Positions 51,129-61,783 are shown, counted from the first letter of the stretch. The stretch: DNA of 64,000 nt from Syntrophales bacterium (GCA_963668175.1 OY764159.1:2688001-2752000); one strand, 5' to 3'. Notes: generated by a model not told the origin, from the sequence alone. Made by a program: numbers and translations.

Positions 51129-51680
51129 CTATTGCAGGGAGGCCACGCACTTCTTCAAATTGCTGTCCTTGAGGATTTCGACGGTGATCTTGTCGATCAT
51201 GGCGTAGGCCCTCTGTTCGAGATATTCCTGGTCCCGCTTTTCCGGCGGCGGCATTTTTATCGTGTACCGCTTCCTGTAAAGCTGCTCCTCGTCCCGGCGT
51301 ATATCGATCTCCACGACGATTTCCCGGTCCGAGAAGCCGAACAGGTACCACCTCAGTTCCGGGATGATCTTCGAGGAGGGCATGGCGTCGTACAGCTTGA
51401 TTCCCGAATGCCTGAGGGCCGTCTGGAATACCTTGTAGAAATAGGACGACACGGAAGGATGGCTGGTGTATCGTTCTTGCGAGTCGACGCTGTAATAGTA
51501 GCCGAGCGTCGTGTTGTCGGCCCGGTTGTAGAAGACAAAAAGCAGCGATTTGCCTTTGTACTCGGCATAATCGGCGGTGGAAAAGGCAGGGTCGTACCGG
51601 TCCGGGCTGAGCCAGACGCGGGAACATCCGCACAGAAGGCAAAAGGCGCACAAGAGCACAATCCATTTGTTTTTCATCAT
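51129..51680 (-). CDS. Hypothetical lipoprotein
   Basis: Lipobox LCGC. Confidence 0.7.
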   Translation of the reverse strand: MMKNKWIVLLCAFCLLCGCSRVWLSPDRYDPAFSTADYAEYKGKSLLFVFYNRADNTTLGYYYSVDSQERYTSHPSVSSYFYKVFQTALRHSGIKLYDAMPSSKIIPELRWYLFGFSDREIVVEIDIRRDEEQLYRKRYTIKMPPPEKRDQEYLEQRAYAMIDKITVEILKDSNLKKCVASLQ

Positions 51681-52177
51681 TCCCCCAAATCAATGAAGTG
51701 TCTATGCGTAAGCCGACCCGGCGAAGATCGCCGGGGACGGCCTTGCAAGCCGTGTGGCGCAAAACGGATGTCCGGCAGCATTGCCCCCGGCGTACAAAAC
51801 GGCGCATTTGAGTAAGAGAAGATATATATTTATAGGATAAAATATAACTTAAATCCAGTCTTTTTCTTATACACCACAGGGTCGGCAGGAGGTTGTGCCG
51901 GGTGGCAGTGGGGGGGCAGTCCTTCGGGGGCGGGGGAAAGGATCGGTGCGCGGGAGTAGGGGCGCAGACGAAGCGCGGGGGCGGGGCAGGGCGTGAGGAA
52001 TATTGAAGGCAAAGGGTGAGCGACGCGAGCGGGGCAGGGTGGACAGGTCGGCAAGAACGAGGCAGATGAAAAGGGGGCGATGACGGCGGAATGGGGTGAG
52101 GGGCTACGGGGCGAGGGTGGAGCGAGGCAGCGGGGCAAAGGGCGCGGCCGGGTTGGGGGAGATAGCGGCAGGGCGGG

Positions 52178-52429
52178 TTACGACGGGACGTTGCAGGAAT
52201 AGTGGATGCGGCAGGCGCCGCAGTAGCCGCAGCTGGTGCAGCAAAGGACGTTGTCCGTCCCGCAGTCGGGGCATTTCGATTTGACCGGGCTCCTCATCCC
52301 GCCCTGGTCCTTTTCGCACGAGTTGTGCAAATGGCACCTCCCGCAATACCCGCAGAAGGAGCAGCACAACACGTTGTCCGCGCAGGTCCGCGTCGGACAT
52401 TTGGCAACGGCCGGCGTCTTCATTCCCAT
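52178..52429 (-). CDS. Cys-rich small protein with duplicated metal-binding motif
   Basis: 16 Cys in 83 aa; two DNVLCCxxCGYCGxCxxHxSC units; AAGGAG RBS. Confidence 0.75.
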   Translation of the reverse strand: MGMKTPAVAKCPTRTCADNVLCCSFCGYCGRCHLHNSCEKDQGGMRSPVKSKCPDCGTDNVLCCTSCGYCGACRIHYSCNVPS

Positions 52430-52517
52430 GGGGGCTCCTTTCGCTTGGGTGGGGATGGACGACGTTACCTCCTGATAAGATTAGCGAGCCGGAAACAAAG
52501 AGACGATGTGAAATTAA

Positions 52518-53114
52518 TTACCGCTTTTTGTTGAACTCTATCCAATTTTCAAAATTTCTTTTGAAGTATTCTCTTGAACCAATTTTTGTGCATTCAATAT
52601 AAGACATATTTATCAAATTATATTCATCCTTTTTTAGGATATATCTTTCGTCGAGTTCTTTCTTAATGAGACAATCGAATCTGTCATCTATGAATTCCAA
52701 GTAAGCGGCATGTTGGGGTAAGATTTTTATTTCTCCAAAATTCGGGCTGAGTAACCATAAATATTTTTCAAGTTCTTTACTGAGGGAATCCGATAAATAT
52801 GGGCTTGCCTGAGTTAAATGGTTTTGAAATTTATCAAAATATGAAATATTATATTTGGCGCTAGTGTCCATTGTCATCCGAGAGATTTCATTTGTAAGGT
52901 CCTTATAACTTAGCACCATCTTATTGATTACTTCATATTTTTTTTCATAGAAAATTCTGTCTTTTGTTAGAATATTTTTATAATTTTCAAGCCATATATT
53001 ACCAGCCAGAACCGTAACGACGATGATAATACCTATAAGTAATTTGTCAATAACGATTTTAATAATATCATATTTTAATTTGAGCTTCTCATCTAATAGA
53101 TTATTTTCGTTCAT
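52518..53114 (-). CDS. Hypothetical single-TM protein (very AT-rich islet)
   Basis: 198-aa ORF with N-terminal TM. Confidence 0.65.
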   Translation of the reverse strand: MNENNLLDEKLKLKYDIIKIVIDKLLIGIIIVVTVLAGNIWLENYKNILTKDRIFYEKKYEVINKMVLSYKDLTNEISRMTMDTSAKYNISYFDKFQNHLTQASPYLSDSLSKELEKYLWLLSPNFGEIKILPQHAAYLEFIDDRFDCLIKKELDERYILKKDEYNLINMSYIECTKIGSREYFKRNFENWIEFNKKR

Positions 53115-53150
53115 ATGTTTATCAATACGCTAGATAATAAGAATATTAAT

Positions 53151-53351
53151 CTACTTATCACTTTGAGGAAAGTCTGGAACTCTGTGATGACCCGTTTCAT
53201 GTTCAGATGGTGAAGTGCCTGCTGGGGCTGGGGCTGGGGCTGTTCTTGCAGGTTCCGCCGGCTTTTGTTCTTCGGCTTTTTTGCAGCCGTTAATAGAAAT
53301 TATTGCGAGTAAAAACATTGTCGCCATTAATAACAGTATCAATTTTCTCAT
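53151..53351 (-). CDS. Small Pro/Ala-rich lipoprotein
   Basis: INGC.KKAEE..PA.PAPAPA; GGAGG RBS. Confidence 0.6.
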   Translation of the reverse strand: MRKLILLLMATMFLLAIISINGCKKAEEQKPAEPARTAPAPAPAGTSPSEHETGHHRVPDFPQSDK

Positions 53352-53511
53352 ATCAGTCTTTCCTCCATGAATGCTTTCATGAAACATTCAATTGCTAAGA
53401 TCAGGTAGACTAAGTTTGAAGTAGCCCCCAATTGAACCGGACACTTTGAATCTGGAAATAAGTTGTAGGAATAGATATAGAGATATTACTACAACCAGAA
53501 AGAAGGTGTTT

Positions 53512-53889
53512 ATGGTTCCTGTAGAAGTGATCGTCGGTGTACAGAGGCGACGTCGCTGGTCGGCTGCCGAGAAGAAGTCGATGGTGCGGGAGGCGGAGCA
53601 GCCGGGAATGAGCATCTCGGCTGTAGCCCGGAAGTATGACATCCATCCGAACCAGTTGTTCCACTGGCGCAGGCTTGCCGAAGAAGGGGCTCTGTCGGCG
53701 GTTGGTGCAGATGAAGGCGTCGTTCCTGCATCGGAAGCCAGAGAACTGAAAAAGCAGATCCGGGAGTTGGAGCGTCTTCTGGGCAAAAAGACAATGGAGG
53801 TGGAGATATTAAGGGAGGCTGTCCGGATTGCCCGTGAAAAAAAACTGATCTCGCGGTTGCCGTTGTTGCCGGAGGACGATTCCCGATGA
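53512..53889 (+). CDS. IS3 transposase OrfA (HTH)
   Basis: RRRWS..EK, VARKY.I.PNQLF.W; A8 run near 53837 is a plausible -1 frameshift site. Confidence 0.9.
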   Translation: MVPVEVIVGVQRRRRWSAAEKKSMVREAEQPGMSISAVARKYDIHPNQLFHWRRLAEEGALSAVGADEGVVPASEARELKKQIRELERLLGKKTMEVEILREAVRIAREKKLISRLPLLPEDDSR

Positions 53890-54734
53890 AGACGGTTGTC
53901 GATACGCTGGACGTTTCCCGTTCCCGGCAGTACGAAAGGCAAGGGAAGGAAGCCGATTCGAGAAGCCGCCATTACAGGAGAGGCGACGATGGCAGATATC
54001 TTCTTCTGATCAGGCAGGTTATTGATAATCGTCCCAGTTACGGCTATCGGAGAGTAACGGCAAGAATCAACAAGCTTCTGGAACGTCAGGGGCATCCGGG
54101 AGTTAATCCCAAACGGATTTATCGTCTCATGAAGATGCACAATCTGCTTCTTCAGCGGCATACGGGTAGGCCGGCAAGGCTTCACGAGGGTAAGGTCACG
54201 ACGAGACGGAGCGATCTTCGTTGGTGTTCCGATGCGTTTGAGATTGCCTGCTGGAATGGGGACCGTCTCCGGGTAGCGTTCAGCATGGATTGTTGCGACA
54301 GGGAAATCATGAGTTATATAGCCACGACAGGGGGCGTATCCGGCGACATGGTCAGGGACTTGATGGCGGAAGCCATTGAGGCCCGTTTCGGTATGATCAA
54401 TCGGCTGCCTCACAGAATCCAGTGGCTGAGCGATAATGGTCCTGCGTACACCGCCAGGGAAACGAAAAGCTTTGGGCAGATGATGGGGCTTGAGGTTTGC
54501 ACGACCCCGTTCTATAGCCCGGAATCGAACGGAATGGCCGAATCCTTTGTCAAGACCTTCAAGAGGGATTATGTTCATCTGAATATCCTGACTGATGCCG
54601 AAACGGTCATGAAGCAACTGCCCGGATGGTTCGTAGACTACAATGAAAACCATCCGCACAAGGGATTGAAAATGATGTCGCCCAGGGAGTATAGGAGACA
54701 TCAAAATAAGTTAGAACAGTGTCCGGTGAAATAG
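53886..54734 (+). CDS. IS3 transposase OrfB (DDE)
   Basis: YGYRRV, WCSD, WLSDNG, SPESNGMAESFVKT.KRDY. Confidence 0.93.
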   Translation: MKTVVDTLDVSRSRQYERQGKEADSRSRHYRRGDDGRYLLLIRQVIDNRPSYGYRRVTARINKLLERQGHPGVNPKRIYRLMKMHNLLLQRHTGRPARLHEGKVTTRRSDLRWCSDAFEIACWNGDRLRVAFSMDCCDREIMSYIATTGGVSGDMVRDLMAEAIEARFGMINRLPHRIQWLSDNGPAYTARETKSFGQMMGLEVCTTPFYSPESNGMAESFVKTFKRDYVHLNILTDAETVMKQLPGWFVDYNENHPHKGLKMMSPREYRRHQNKLEQCPVK

Positions 54735-54780
54735 GGGCAACTCCAAAGTTCAGTATGCCCATTATTTGAATAATAAATTA

Positions 54781-56424
54781 CTACCAAGCTGCGAGTTGAG
54801 TTATGGCTACATCAATAGTATTCGATCGAATCTTCAGAAAAGAATTATAGTCATCCTTTAGAGCTGCTTCAAACGCTTCTATTGAAATCAGATTTGAATC
54901 AAGCCATTGTTTAAGATTGTCTCCTGCTGCTCGTTGGACTTGCTTTAAGTAATCAGAGGGGGCTCTACTTGAAATTTGCTTATTACTTACTGAAGTAAGC
55001 ATGATGATATTTGCGAGAGAATTTGGAAGACCATCATCCATACCTTCGTTTTTTAAATAGTCCTGCGGAAAAAAATGGTGATATTCTTTTTGATTAGTCC
55101 ATGCCAGGGACTTACTAACATCAATGTGTTGGCCTGTTAGAATATCAATCGGCATATGATGAGCTAAAATTATTGCAAGGGTTTTCGCATGAGCACTGTC
55201 CGATCGAAAGGGTTTATTGATCCATATGGTGGAATTCGGTCTATATGCGGGTACAATGACTTCGTTTTCTGCACCTGTTGCGAATCTTGAAACTGCTTCT
55301 TTATCACGCGCCATGCTGCCTGTGTTCCATCCAGAGAAATATCCGCTCGAAGCTGTACGCCAAAACCACTTCCTGATTGCACTATATTGCGCGGCATTAG
55401 GTGTGGGGAGCAACCTAAATATCTCTGAGAGAACAACAACTTGATTGGCATAAGGTATGATTGCATCACTAGGAATTCTTATTTGTGTTGTTAAAAAGTC
55501 GATTGTTTTTTCATAAGCAGCTTGGCTGTTTGTTGTTGCTTCTTTTAATACATCGGCCGGGTGTTTGCGGAGGCTATTAATGCTTTCGACCGAAAATCCA
55601 CCTCCCGCAGCGGCGGACATCGTTCTGAGTATGACCTTGCGGTCAAGTCCTCCAAATGACTTGGCGTTTAGTGCTTTCAAAACACTATCGATCGAATCTA
55701 TTAGATCGAAGTTCTGACTCCAAGTTGCAGCGCGCATCAAATCTACAATTGTCAGACGTGTTCCTGTACTATTAATGCGTTCAAAAATCGGGGCCACATC
55801 CTGAATAGACATGTCACCAAGTGTGACAACAGCTACTTTGTAGTCTTTGAATCTATTAAAAAGTGCATCAGCGTTGGCTTTTAGCGTATCTTTGTCTGGT
55901 GCACTGAGCGAGTCTAGGGTTGCGTAGAATTTGTAAAATACGGCTCCGTCCGCAAGTTTATTCATCCGGACTTGATGCTGGGGGGGGTCATCAAGAGTAT
56001 CAAGATGCAAGAATTCACATTTACGAAGATCATATGCTATATTCCATACACTGTTTGGCTCTGTCCCATTCCAGTATAAAGCGCCGCAAATTGCGGAGAG
56101 GCGTTGTTGTCCATCAAGCAAATAATTTACAGGGTAATCGGGACGCGGCAAATCAATTTTCAAATCGGCGATACGATTTTCACTTCGCAACTCCTGTCTA
56201 CTCTGCCAAAGAAGAAGGCTCCCAATGGGATAATTCTGAGCAATCGAATCAAGCAGATCAAGTACTTGCTGTCGTTTCCATATAAAATCGCGCTGAAACT
56301 GTGGTAATAGAATATCGCCAGCTCGTACACGCCGCGCGAGTTCATCAATTCTATCCACGCTAGGTTGTGGATCTTTAGGCACAGGTGCAGTTGGGCCAGA
56401 CTTAGGATGAATATTTTCTGTCAC
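54781..56424 (-). CDS. DUF262-domain protein (GmrSD-like putative restriction/defence nuclease)
   Basis: PQFQRDFIW, LDGQQRL, FERINS.G..L; C-terminal EYHHFFP...N...L...N HNH-like motif. Confidence 0.85.
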   Translation of the reverse strand: MTENIHPKSGPTAPVPKDPQPSVDRIDELARRVRAGDILLPQFQRDFIWKRQQVLDLLDSIAQNYPIGSLLLWQSRQELRSENRIADLKIDLPRPDYPVNYLLDGQQRLSAICGALYWNGTEPNSVWNIAYDLRKCEFLHLDTLDDPPQHQVRMNKLADGAVFYKFYATLDSLSAPDKDTLKANADALFNRFKDYKVAVVTLGDMSIQDVAPIFERINSTGTRLTIVDLMRAATWSQNFDLIDSIDSVLKALNAKSFGGLDRKVILRTMSAAAGGGFSVESINSLRKHPADVLKEATTNSQAAYEKTIDFLTTQIRIPSDAIIPYANQVVVLSEIFRLLPTPNAAQYSAIRKWFWRTASSGYFSGWNTGSMARDKEAVSRFATGAENEVIVPAYRPNSTIWINKPFRSDSAHAKTLAIILAHHMPIDILTGQHIDVSKSLAWTNQKEYHHFFPQDYLKNEGMDDGLPNSLANIIMLTSVSNKQISSRAPSDYLKQVQRAAGDNLKQWLDSNLISIEAFEAALKDDYNSFLKIRSNTIDVAITQLAAW

Positions 56425-57324
56425 TAGTCACACTCCTTCTTCAAGTCGCAAAAGACGCAATATGACCTGTAACTAATTATGATCTTTCTTCTATTTGATC
56501 ATAATGGATAATATTTATGAAAACCGTGTATGAATAGTAATGTGTAATTGAAAACAGAATAGTCGTAAAATCACGTGTCATAGAATTCTGAACTTAAATC
56601 CTCCTTTTGTCAAGATAAATATCAGCAAAACCTATTCTAAATAGCTTAAGCTCCTTTAAAAAATACCGAATCGTCATCGGAATTTAGGGTACTCAACGCC
56701 GGGTGGATGGTTAATCAAAATCGAAGCAAAAGGGTGAGATGGCGCGGGCGTGAAGTTGGGATTTGCTTAATCAACGCCGTTTAGCTTAACCAACAGGCTT
56801 CCTTTGCTTATCCAAAGGTCCAACCAAAACGGAAGCAAATTTTAAAAATTTGGTTAACTTTTGCTTAAGCAGCGCTTCCAAAACCTTGTCAAGAGGCAAT
56901 GATATATCGTTTGCCGGCCTCTGCCGGCCCCACGCGGTCATCCTTGAAGGGTCGGAAAAAAGAGGGCATATAATGTTTTTAGGTTCAGGCAGGGCGAAAA
57001 AGAGGGACAAAGAGAGGGTAAGCAAGCGTAAGGCGTTAGGCGGTTATGGGGGAGGAAGGGTGAGAAGGCGAAGCGCACTGCTGAAAGGCTTCCGCAGGGT
57101 TTTGGTGATCCTTCCGTCTTCATGAATGATCAAAAAAACGCGCGCCCGATTTCAGCGAAAACCCCGCCACCCCCGAAAACGCATTTTTAACCGGATTTCT
57201 ACTTTTCCCCGACAAAATCGCTCCGCAAACCCTCCGCCGGGGAGGAAAAAAGTTTTGACTTTTTCGGACTCCCTCCGCCGTCTCGAAGATAAAAAATCCC
57301 CCCGCAGTATATATCGGGCTTTAT

Positions 57325-57516
57325 TTAATCGGCGCTATTCGGTATTTCTAATTTTCCTTTCTTTTTATTTGATATAAAATCACTCTTTTCTGTTGTTTCT
57401 AAATTGAGCGGGATCTGGTCCGTCCCTGCTTTTTTTTGCCATCCCCCTTTATTCCAATCGCCTTTATTCCAAGGTTGATCATTTGATCCGCCTGTTTTCT
57501 TATTCTTGGCAGCCAT
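57325..57516 (-). CDS. Small hypothetical protein
   Basis: GGAGG RBS directly after upstream stop; WNKG repeats. Confidence 0.4.
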   Translation of the reverse strand: MAAKNKKTGGSNDQPWNKGDWNKGGWQKKAGTDQIPLNLETTEKSDFISNKKKGKLEIPNSAD

Positions 57517-57530
57517 TAGACGGCACCTCC

Positions 57531-59261
57531 TTAAATGATTTTATTGATTGCCTCAATTTTTTTGAAGAAATCATCTATTTCTCTTGCGGCTTCTTTCACC
57601 TTTTTAGAATGGTCCTGCAATTTATTGTTCTCTGCCTCGCTTTTAGCCTGATATAAATTGTATTCCGCTGTCCATAACTTCTTTTCTGATTCTGTGCCGG
57701 TCTTTCTTGTATCTTTCATAAGCGCGACGTACTCTTGTTCAATTTTATCAATCTTTGCCTTTTCATTATCGGTTATCAAGGAATTACCTTCTGATATTAC
57801 TACATCGGCTTTTTCTATCAGGCCTTTCTTTTCCTTAGCAAGTTGTTCATTATTGCTTGGCATGGTTTTTGTGCTCAAATCGCTCTTTTTTTTCGCTAGA
57901 ATCTTTAGATCGTCACTCAGTAAATTATATGCCAGTTGGGGAAAAATTGCCTCTTTCATTTTAACGTCCTCTGCAATCTGGTGTTTTGCTAGATCGAGTT
58001 TTTTAGTCTCAATTTCAAGTGTTTTGAACTTTAGTGCGTATCGATTATCCTGTGCTTTCGAAATAAATTTCTCAAGGTTCATAACACAATGCTCGGAAAG
58101 TAAGGTCCCTTTGGTGTTGAGGCTGCTTGCCAGGAAGAAAGGGCGTGATTTTACTGCATCCACCCATTGACTCAAATCTTTCCTTTCGTTATTCAAGCCC
58201 TCTTTTTCCTTATCTTTCAAAGCTTGTTTTTTAAACTCTGAGATCTGATCGATCGAGAGATTTAAATAAGCTCTGTCTTCAGAAGATTGTAATTTCCAAC
58301 CACCAAGCTCGATTAAACATGCCGAAATATAGGCTTGTTCAATATCCTTTTCGATAAAAGTTTTATGCATTTCTCCTAATATCTTTGCAGTATCAGCATC
58401 ATGTTTTGGAGTAAGGCCGCCCATCGCTATTAGTTGGCTCACCTCAGAAGCCGATTTACTGGTTGTGTCAATTTGTACGCTCAATTTCTGTATGATAGCA
58501 TTCTTTTCTACGTTGGCTGCATCCAATTCTGCCTTCTTTGCATCGCGTTCAGCCTTTAATTGGTTTTTTTTTGGATCAGCATCAGTCGCGTCAGTATATG
58601 CTTTGTCAGCAGCTTTGTAGGCGTCATCTTTCTCTTTGACTTTTTGTTGTGCCGCGTCGAGCTCTGCTTTGGCCTTATCAATATCTTTCAGCATTTCGGG
58701 AAAGCCGACTAATTTAGCTTGAGCTTCAGCGTTCGCTTTTAATCCTATTGCCGCGCCTGTTCTACCGAAAGCTCCACCTGCAACCTCACCGAGGATTAGC
58801 GTTACCAGCAAATCGTCCAATCGGCTCGTTCGCAAGCTATACGTCGTACCGGTGATTGCTCCGTTGGCATAGTCTAGGCACGCCTGATATCCCTGATGCA
58901 GTAACGCTTGAATAGCCGTAGTCCGTTCAGCGAGTTGGGCTATAGCTTCAGCTTGACTGCCGGAAAGACTTGCGCTGCCGTAATTTAAAACGCTGATACC
59001 GAACCCGAATGAGCTTGCGAGTGCTGCTGCGACAATCGGGCCTGGTTCTGTACATGTAATTACGTTTGGATCAACTCTTCCGGGGCGTGATGCTATGCCG
59101 GGTTTCATATGTGTGATCATCCGAAGCCTGGCATCCGTTGCTATTCCTTGGCCGTCTTCCAAAACCTTCACTTCTTTCAGATCCCCTTTGGGAGCCGTGG
59201 CACAGCCGGAATGCAAGGCTATGAAAAAAATAATGCTAAAACCGATTTTCACTCTCCTCAT
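57531..59261 (-). CDS. Large coiled-coil lipoprotein, hypothetical
   Basis: Lipobox HSGC; C.EP.P and YQAC..YANGAI motifs; GGAGGA RBS. Confidence 0.75.
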   Translation of the reverse strand: MRRVKIGFSIIFFIALHSGCATAPKGDLKEVKVLEDGQGIATDARLRMITHMKPGIASRPGRVDPNVITCTEPGPIVAAALASSFGFGISVLNYGSASLSGSQAEAIAQLAERTTAIQALLHQGYQACLDYANGAITGTTYSLRTSRLDDLLVTLILGEVAGGAFGRTGAAIGLKANAEAQAKLVGFPEMLKDIDKAKAELDAAQQKVKEKDDAYKAADKAYTDATDADPKKNQLKAERDAKKAELDAANVEKNAIIQKLSVQIDTTSKSASEVSQLIAMGGLTPKHDADTAKILGEMHKTFIEKDIEQAYISACLIELGGWKLQSSEDRAYLNLSIDQISEFKKQALKDKEKEGLNNERKDLSQWVDAVKSRPFFLASSLNTKGTLLSEHCVMNLEKFISKAQDNRYALKFKTLEIETKKLDLAKHQIAEDVKMKEAIFPQLAYNLLSDDLKILAKKKSDLSTKTMPSNNEQLAKEKKGLIEKADVVISEGNSLITDNEKAKIDKIEQEYVALMKDTRKTGTESEKKLWTAEYNLYQAKSEAENNKLQDHSKKVKEAAREIDDFFKKIEAINKII

Positions 59262-59795
59262 GGCACTTCCTCCCTTTATGAGATGGGTTTTGTAGGAGAT
59301 CGACGTTCGTAAATTCCTTCCCTTGATTATGATCTTTTAAAAAACACGAATTACTTGCGTATATATCTGCAACAAGATGGGATTTCGCAGTTACTTCATT
59401 TTTCTTACGAGCGAAGGGTTTATAAAGTCGGTTTATATATTGAAAAAAATTACAGGATCGGAATACGCATGCGAATAGAATAGGAAAGAGTCACGCAACA
59501 GAAGTGTTAAAGTTAATTTCATTCAAGCGTAAAATAACGAAATTGTCAAGATTAATATAGTTATATTAAGTTATCAATATGAGTATAACACCTCGTAATA
59601 TGTGCATTAGCCGCACATTATCACCCCTGTAGAGAATAAGATGAATTCCCTCTCGTAAAATCCCCTCTTATAAATCCCCCCCCCGAAAAAACTTTTTTTT
59701 GTCACCGCTTGAATGGCACCCCTTGAGCGGCACGCCTGATGGCACCCTACATGGCAGTTTGGCAGGCTTTTCCGGCATCTGCTAGCATTCCTCCC

Positions 59796-60239
59796 ATGGC
59801 AAGGAAAGCAACCGAAACAGCCCAGGCAAACGCCGACGACTTCAGGGCCCTGGCCTCGCAGAAGGGCCTCACGCCCGCGAAACTGATCGAGGAGCTTGCC
59901 GTCATCGCCACGGCGGACATCGCCGACTTCGTTACCGTAAGCGAGGACGGGGCTCTTCAGGCGAAACCCCTGACGGAATTGAAAGGCGCCAGCCGCGCCG
60001 TCCGAAAGATCAGGGAAAAAACCGTCATTACGGAAAAGGCCGACGGCTCCGTCCTCACGAAAACAAGCACGCTCGAATACGAGCTGCACCCGAAGCTGGA
60101 AGCCATCGACGCCGGTTTGAAGATTCACGGCATGAAGGCGCCGGAGAAGCGCGAGGTGAGCGCGGAGCTGAAAGCCGCCGCCGATCTCCCCCCGGCGATG
60201 AAGTCCGCCCTCGACGAAATCTACATCAAGGCATCATGA
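59796..60239 (+). CDS. Putative terminase small subunit
   Basis: EELA.IA.ADI.DF...KLEAID pattern; overlaps terL start (ATGA). Confidence 0.65.
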   Translation: MARKATETAQANADDFRALASQKGLTPAKLIEELAVIATADIADFVTVSEDGALQAKPLTELKGASRAVRKIREKTVITEKADGSVLTKTSTLEYELHPKLEAIDAGLKIHGMKAPEKREVSAELKAAADLPPAMKSALDEIYIKAS

Positions 60240-61780
60240 CGCGAAAAGAAGCCCACGTAAGTTACAAGAAACTCTTCTCCGCCTGCCGGAGCGACAAGGC
60301 CCGGAACGCCCTGTTCCGCGAGCTATGCCTCCGGGACCTTTTTTTCCTCCTCGCCTACGGCCTGGGGCGCCGGGACGTGGACCGCGACTGGACCTACGAC
60401 CGGTGCCGCGAGGTCGAGGCGGAGCCCGACGGCCGCCTGGACCTGTGGGCGCGCGAGCATTACAAGTCCACCATCATCACCTTCGGCCTCACCATCCGCG
60501 ACATCCTGAACGACCCGGAGATCACCGTCGGCATCTTCTCCCACACGCGGCCCATCGCGAAGGGGTTCCTGCGCCAGATCAAGCAGGAGTTCGAGACGAA
60601 CGTGAAGCTCAAGGGCCTCTTTCCCGAGATCCTCTGGGAGAACGCCAAGCAGGCGGCGAAATGGTCCGAGGACGACGGCATCACCGTCCGGCGCGCATCG
60701 AACCCGAAGGAGGCGACCGTCGAGGCCTGGGGCCTCGTGGACGGCCAGCCGACCTCGAAACATTTCAGGCTCCTCGTCTACGACGACGTCGTCACGCGCG
60801 AGTCCGTCACGACGCCGGACCAGATCGCCAAGGTGAACAAGGCCTGGGAGCTGTCGCTCAACCTGGGCTCCGAGGGCGGCCGCCGGCGCTACATCGGCAC
60901 GCGCTACCATTACAACGATACCTACAAGCTCATCATGGACCGCCGCGCCGCCGTCCCCCGCATCCATCCCGCGACGAAGGACGGCAAGCCGACGGGCAAA
61001 GCGGTGCTCCTCACGAAGGAAATCCTCGAGGAGAAGCGCCGCGACATGGGGCCCTACACCTTCGCCTGCCAGCTTCTCCTGGACCCCCGGGCGGACGACG
61101 TCCAGGGCTTCAAGCTCGACTGGCTTAAAACGTGGCCCGCCCAGAACCACTCGCATCTCAACAAGATCGTCCTTTGCGACCCGGCGGGCGAGAAGAAAAA
61201 GGAGAACGACTACACCGTCGCGATGGTCATAGGCCTCGGCGAGGACGAAAATTATTACGTCGTCGACATGGTCCGCGACAGGCTGTCCCTCACGGAGCGC
61301 GGCAACCTGATCATGAAGCTCCACCGCGAGTACCGGCCGACCTTCGTCGGCTACGAGAAATACGGGAAGGACTCGGACATCGAGTTCATCCAGTTCCTCC
61401 AGGAGCGCGACAATTACCGCTTCGGCGTCACGGCCCTGAAGGGGGCGCTGCCCAAGAACGACCGCATCCGCAAGCTGATCCCGCTCTTCGAGCAGGGCCG
61501 CGTCTATCTGCCGGACCACTGCATCAAGACAAGCTACGACGGCCGGACGGAAGACCTCGTCCGCGTCTTCGCGAACGAGGAGTACCTGGCCTTTCCGGTG
61601 CCCGTCCACGACGACATGCTCGACTGCCTGGCGCGGATCATGGACCCGGACTGCACGCGGGATTTCCCGTCCCGCCGCGACGCCTCCTACGAGGAACGGG
61701 CCGCGGACACGTGGCTCGACGGCTTCGGCGGCAGGCGGCGCGACGAGGCCGAATACCACTACGACATCTATGCGAGGTGA
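60236..61780 (+). CDS. terL: Phage terminase large subunit
   Basis: Deviant Walker A REHYKST, Walker B LLVYDDVV, IGTRYH, nuclease DPA, DYT, HDDMLD. Confidence 0.88.
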   Translation: MTRKEAHVSYKKLFSACRSDKARNALFRELCLRDLFFLLAYGLGRRDVDRDWTYDRCREVEAEPDGRLDLWAREHYKSTIITFGLTIRDILNDPEITVGIFSHTRPIAKGFLRQIKQEFETNVKLKGLFPEILWENAKQAAKWSEDDGITVRRASNPKEATVEAWGLVDGQPTSKHFRLLVYDDVVTRESVTTPDQIAKVNKAWELSLNLGSEGGRRRYIGTRYHYNDTYKLIMDRRAAVPRIHPATKDGKPTGKAVLLTKEILEEKRRDMGPYTFACQLLLDPRADDVQGFKLDWLKTWPAQNHSHLNKIVLCDPAGEKKKENDYTVAMVIGLGEDENYYVVDMVRDRLSLTERGNLIMKLHREYRPTFVGYEKYGKDSDIEFIQFLQERDNYRFGVTALKGALPKNDRIRKLIPLFEQGRVYLPDHCIKTSYDGRTEDLVRVFANEEYLAFPVPVHDDMLDCLARIMDPDCTRDFPSRRDASYEERAADTWLDGFGGRRRDEAEYHYDIYAR

Positions 61781-61783
61781 ATC

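Larger units (their letters stand above)
53417..54745 (+). mobile_element. IS3-family insertion sequence (IS2 group)
   Basis: TG...CA ends, IRs tgaagtagcccc..ccggacact / agtgtccgg..ggggcaactcca, 5-bp aagtt target duplication. Confidence 0.93.

Noticed and set aside
56430..57320. Long intergenic region as a possible ncRNA or att site
   Set aside because: No tRNA, recognisable RNA motif or repeat partner found by eye
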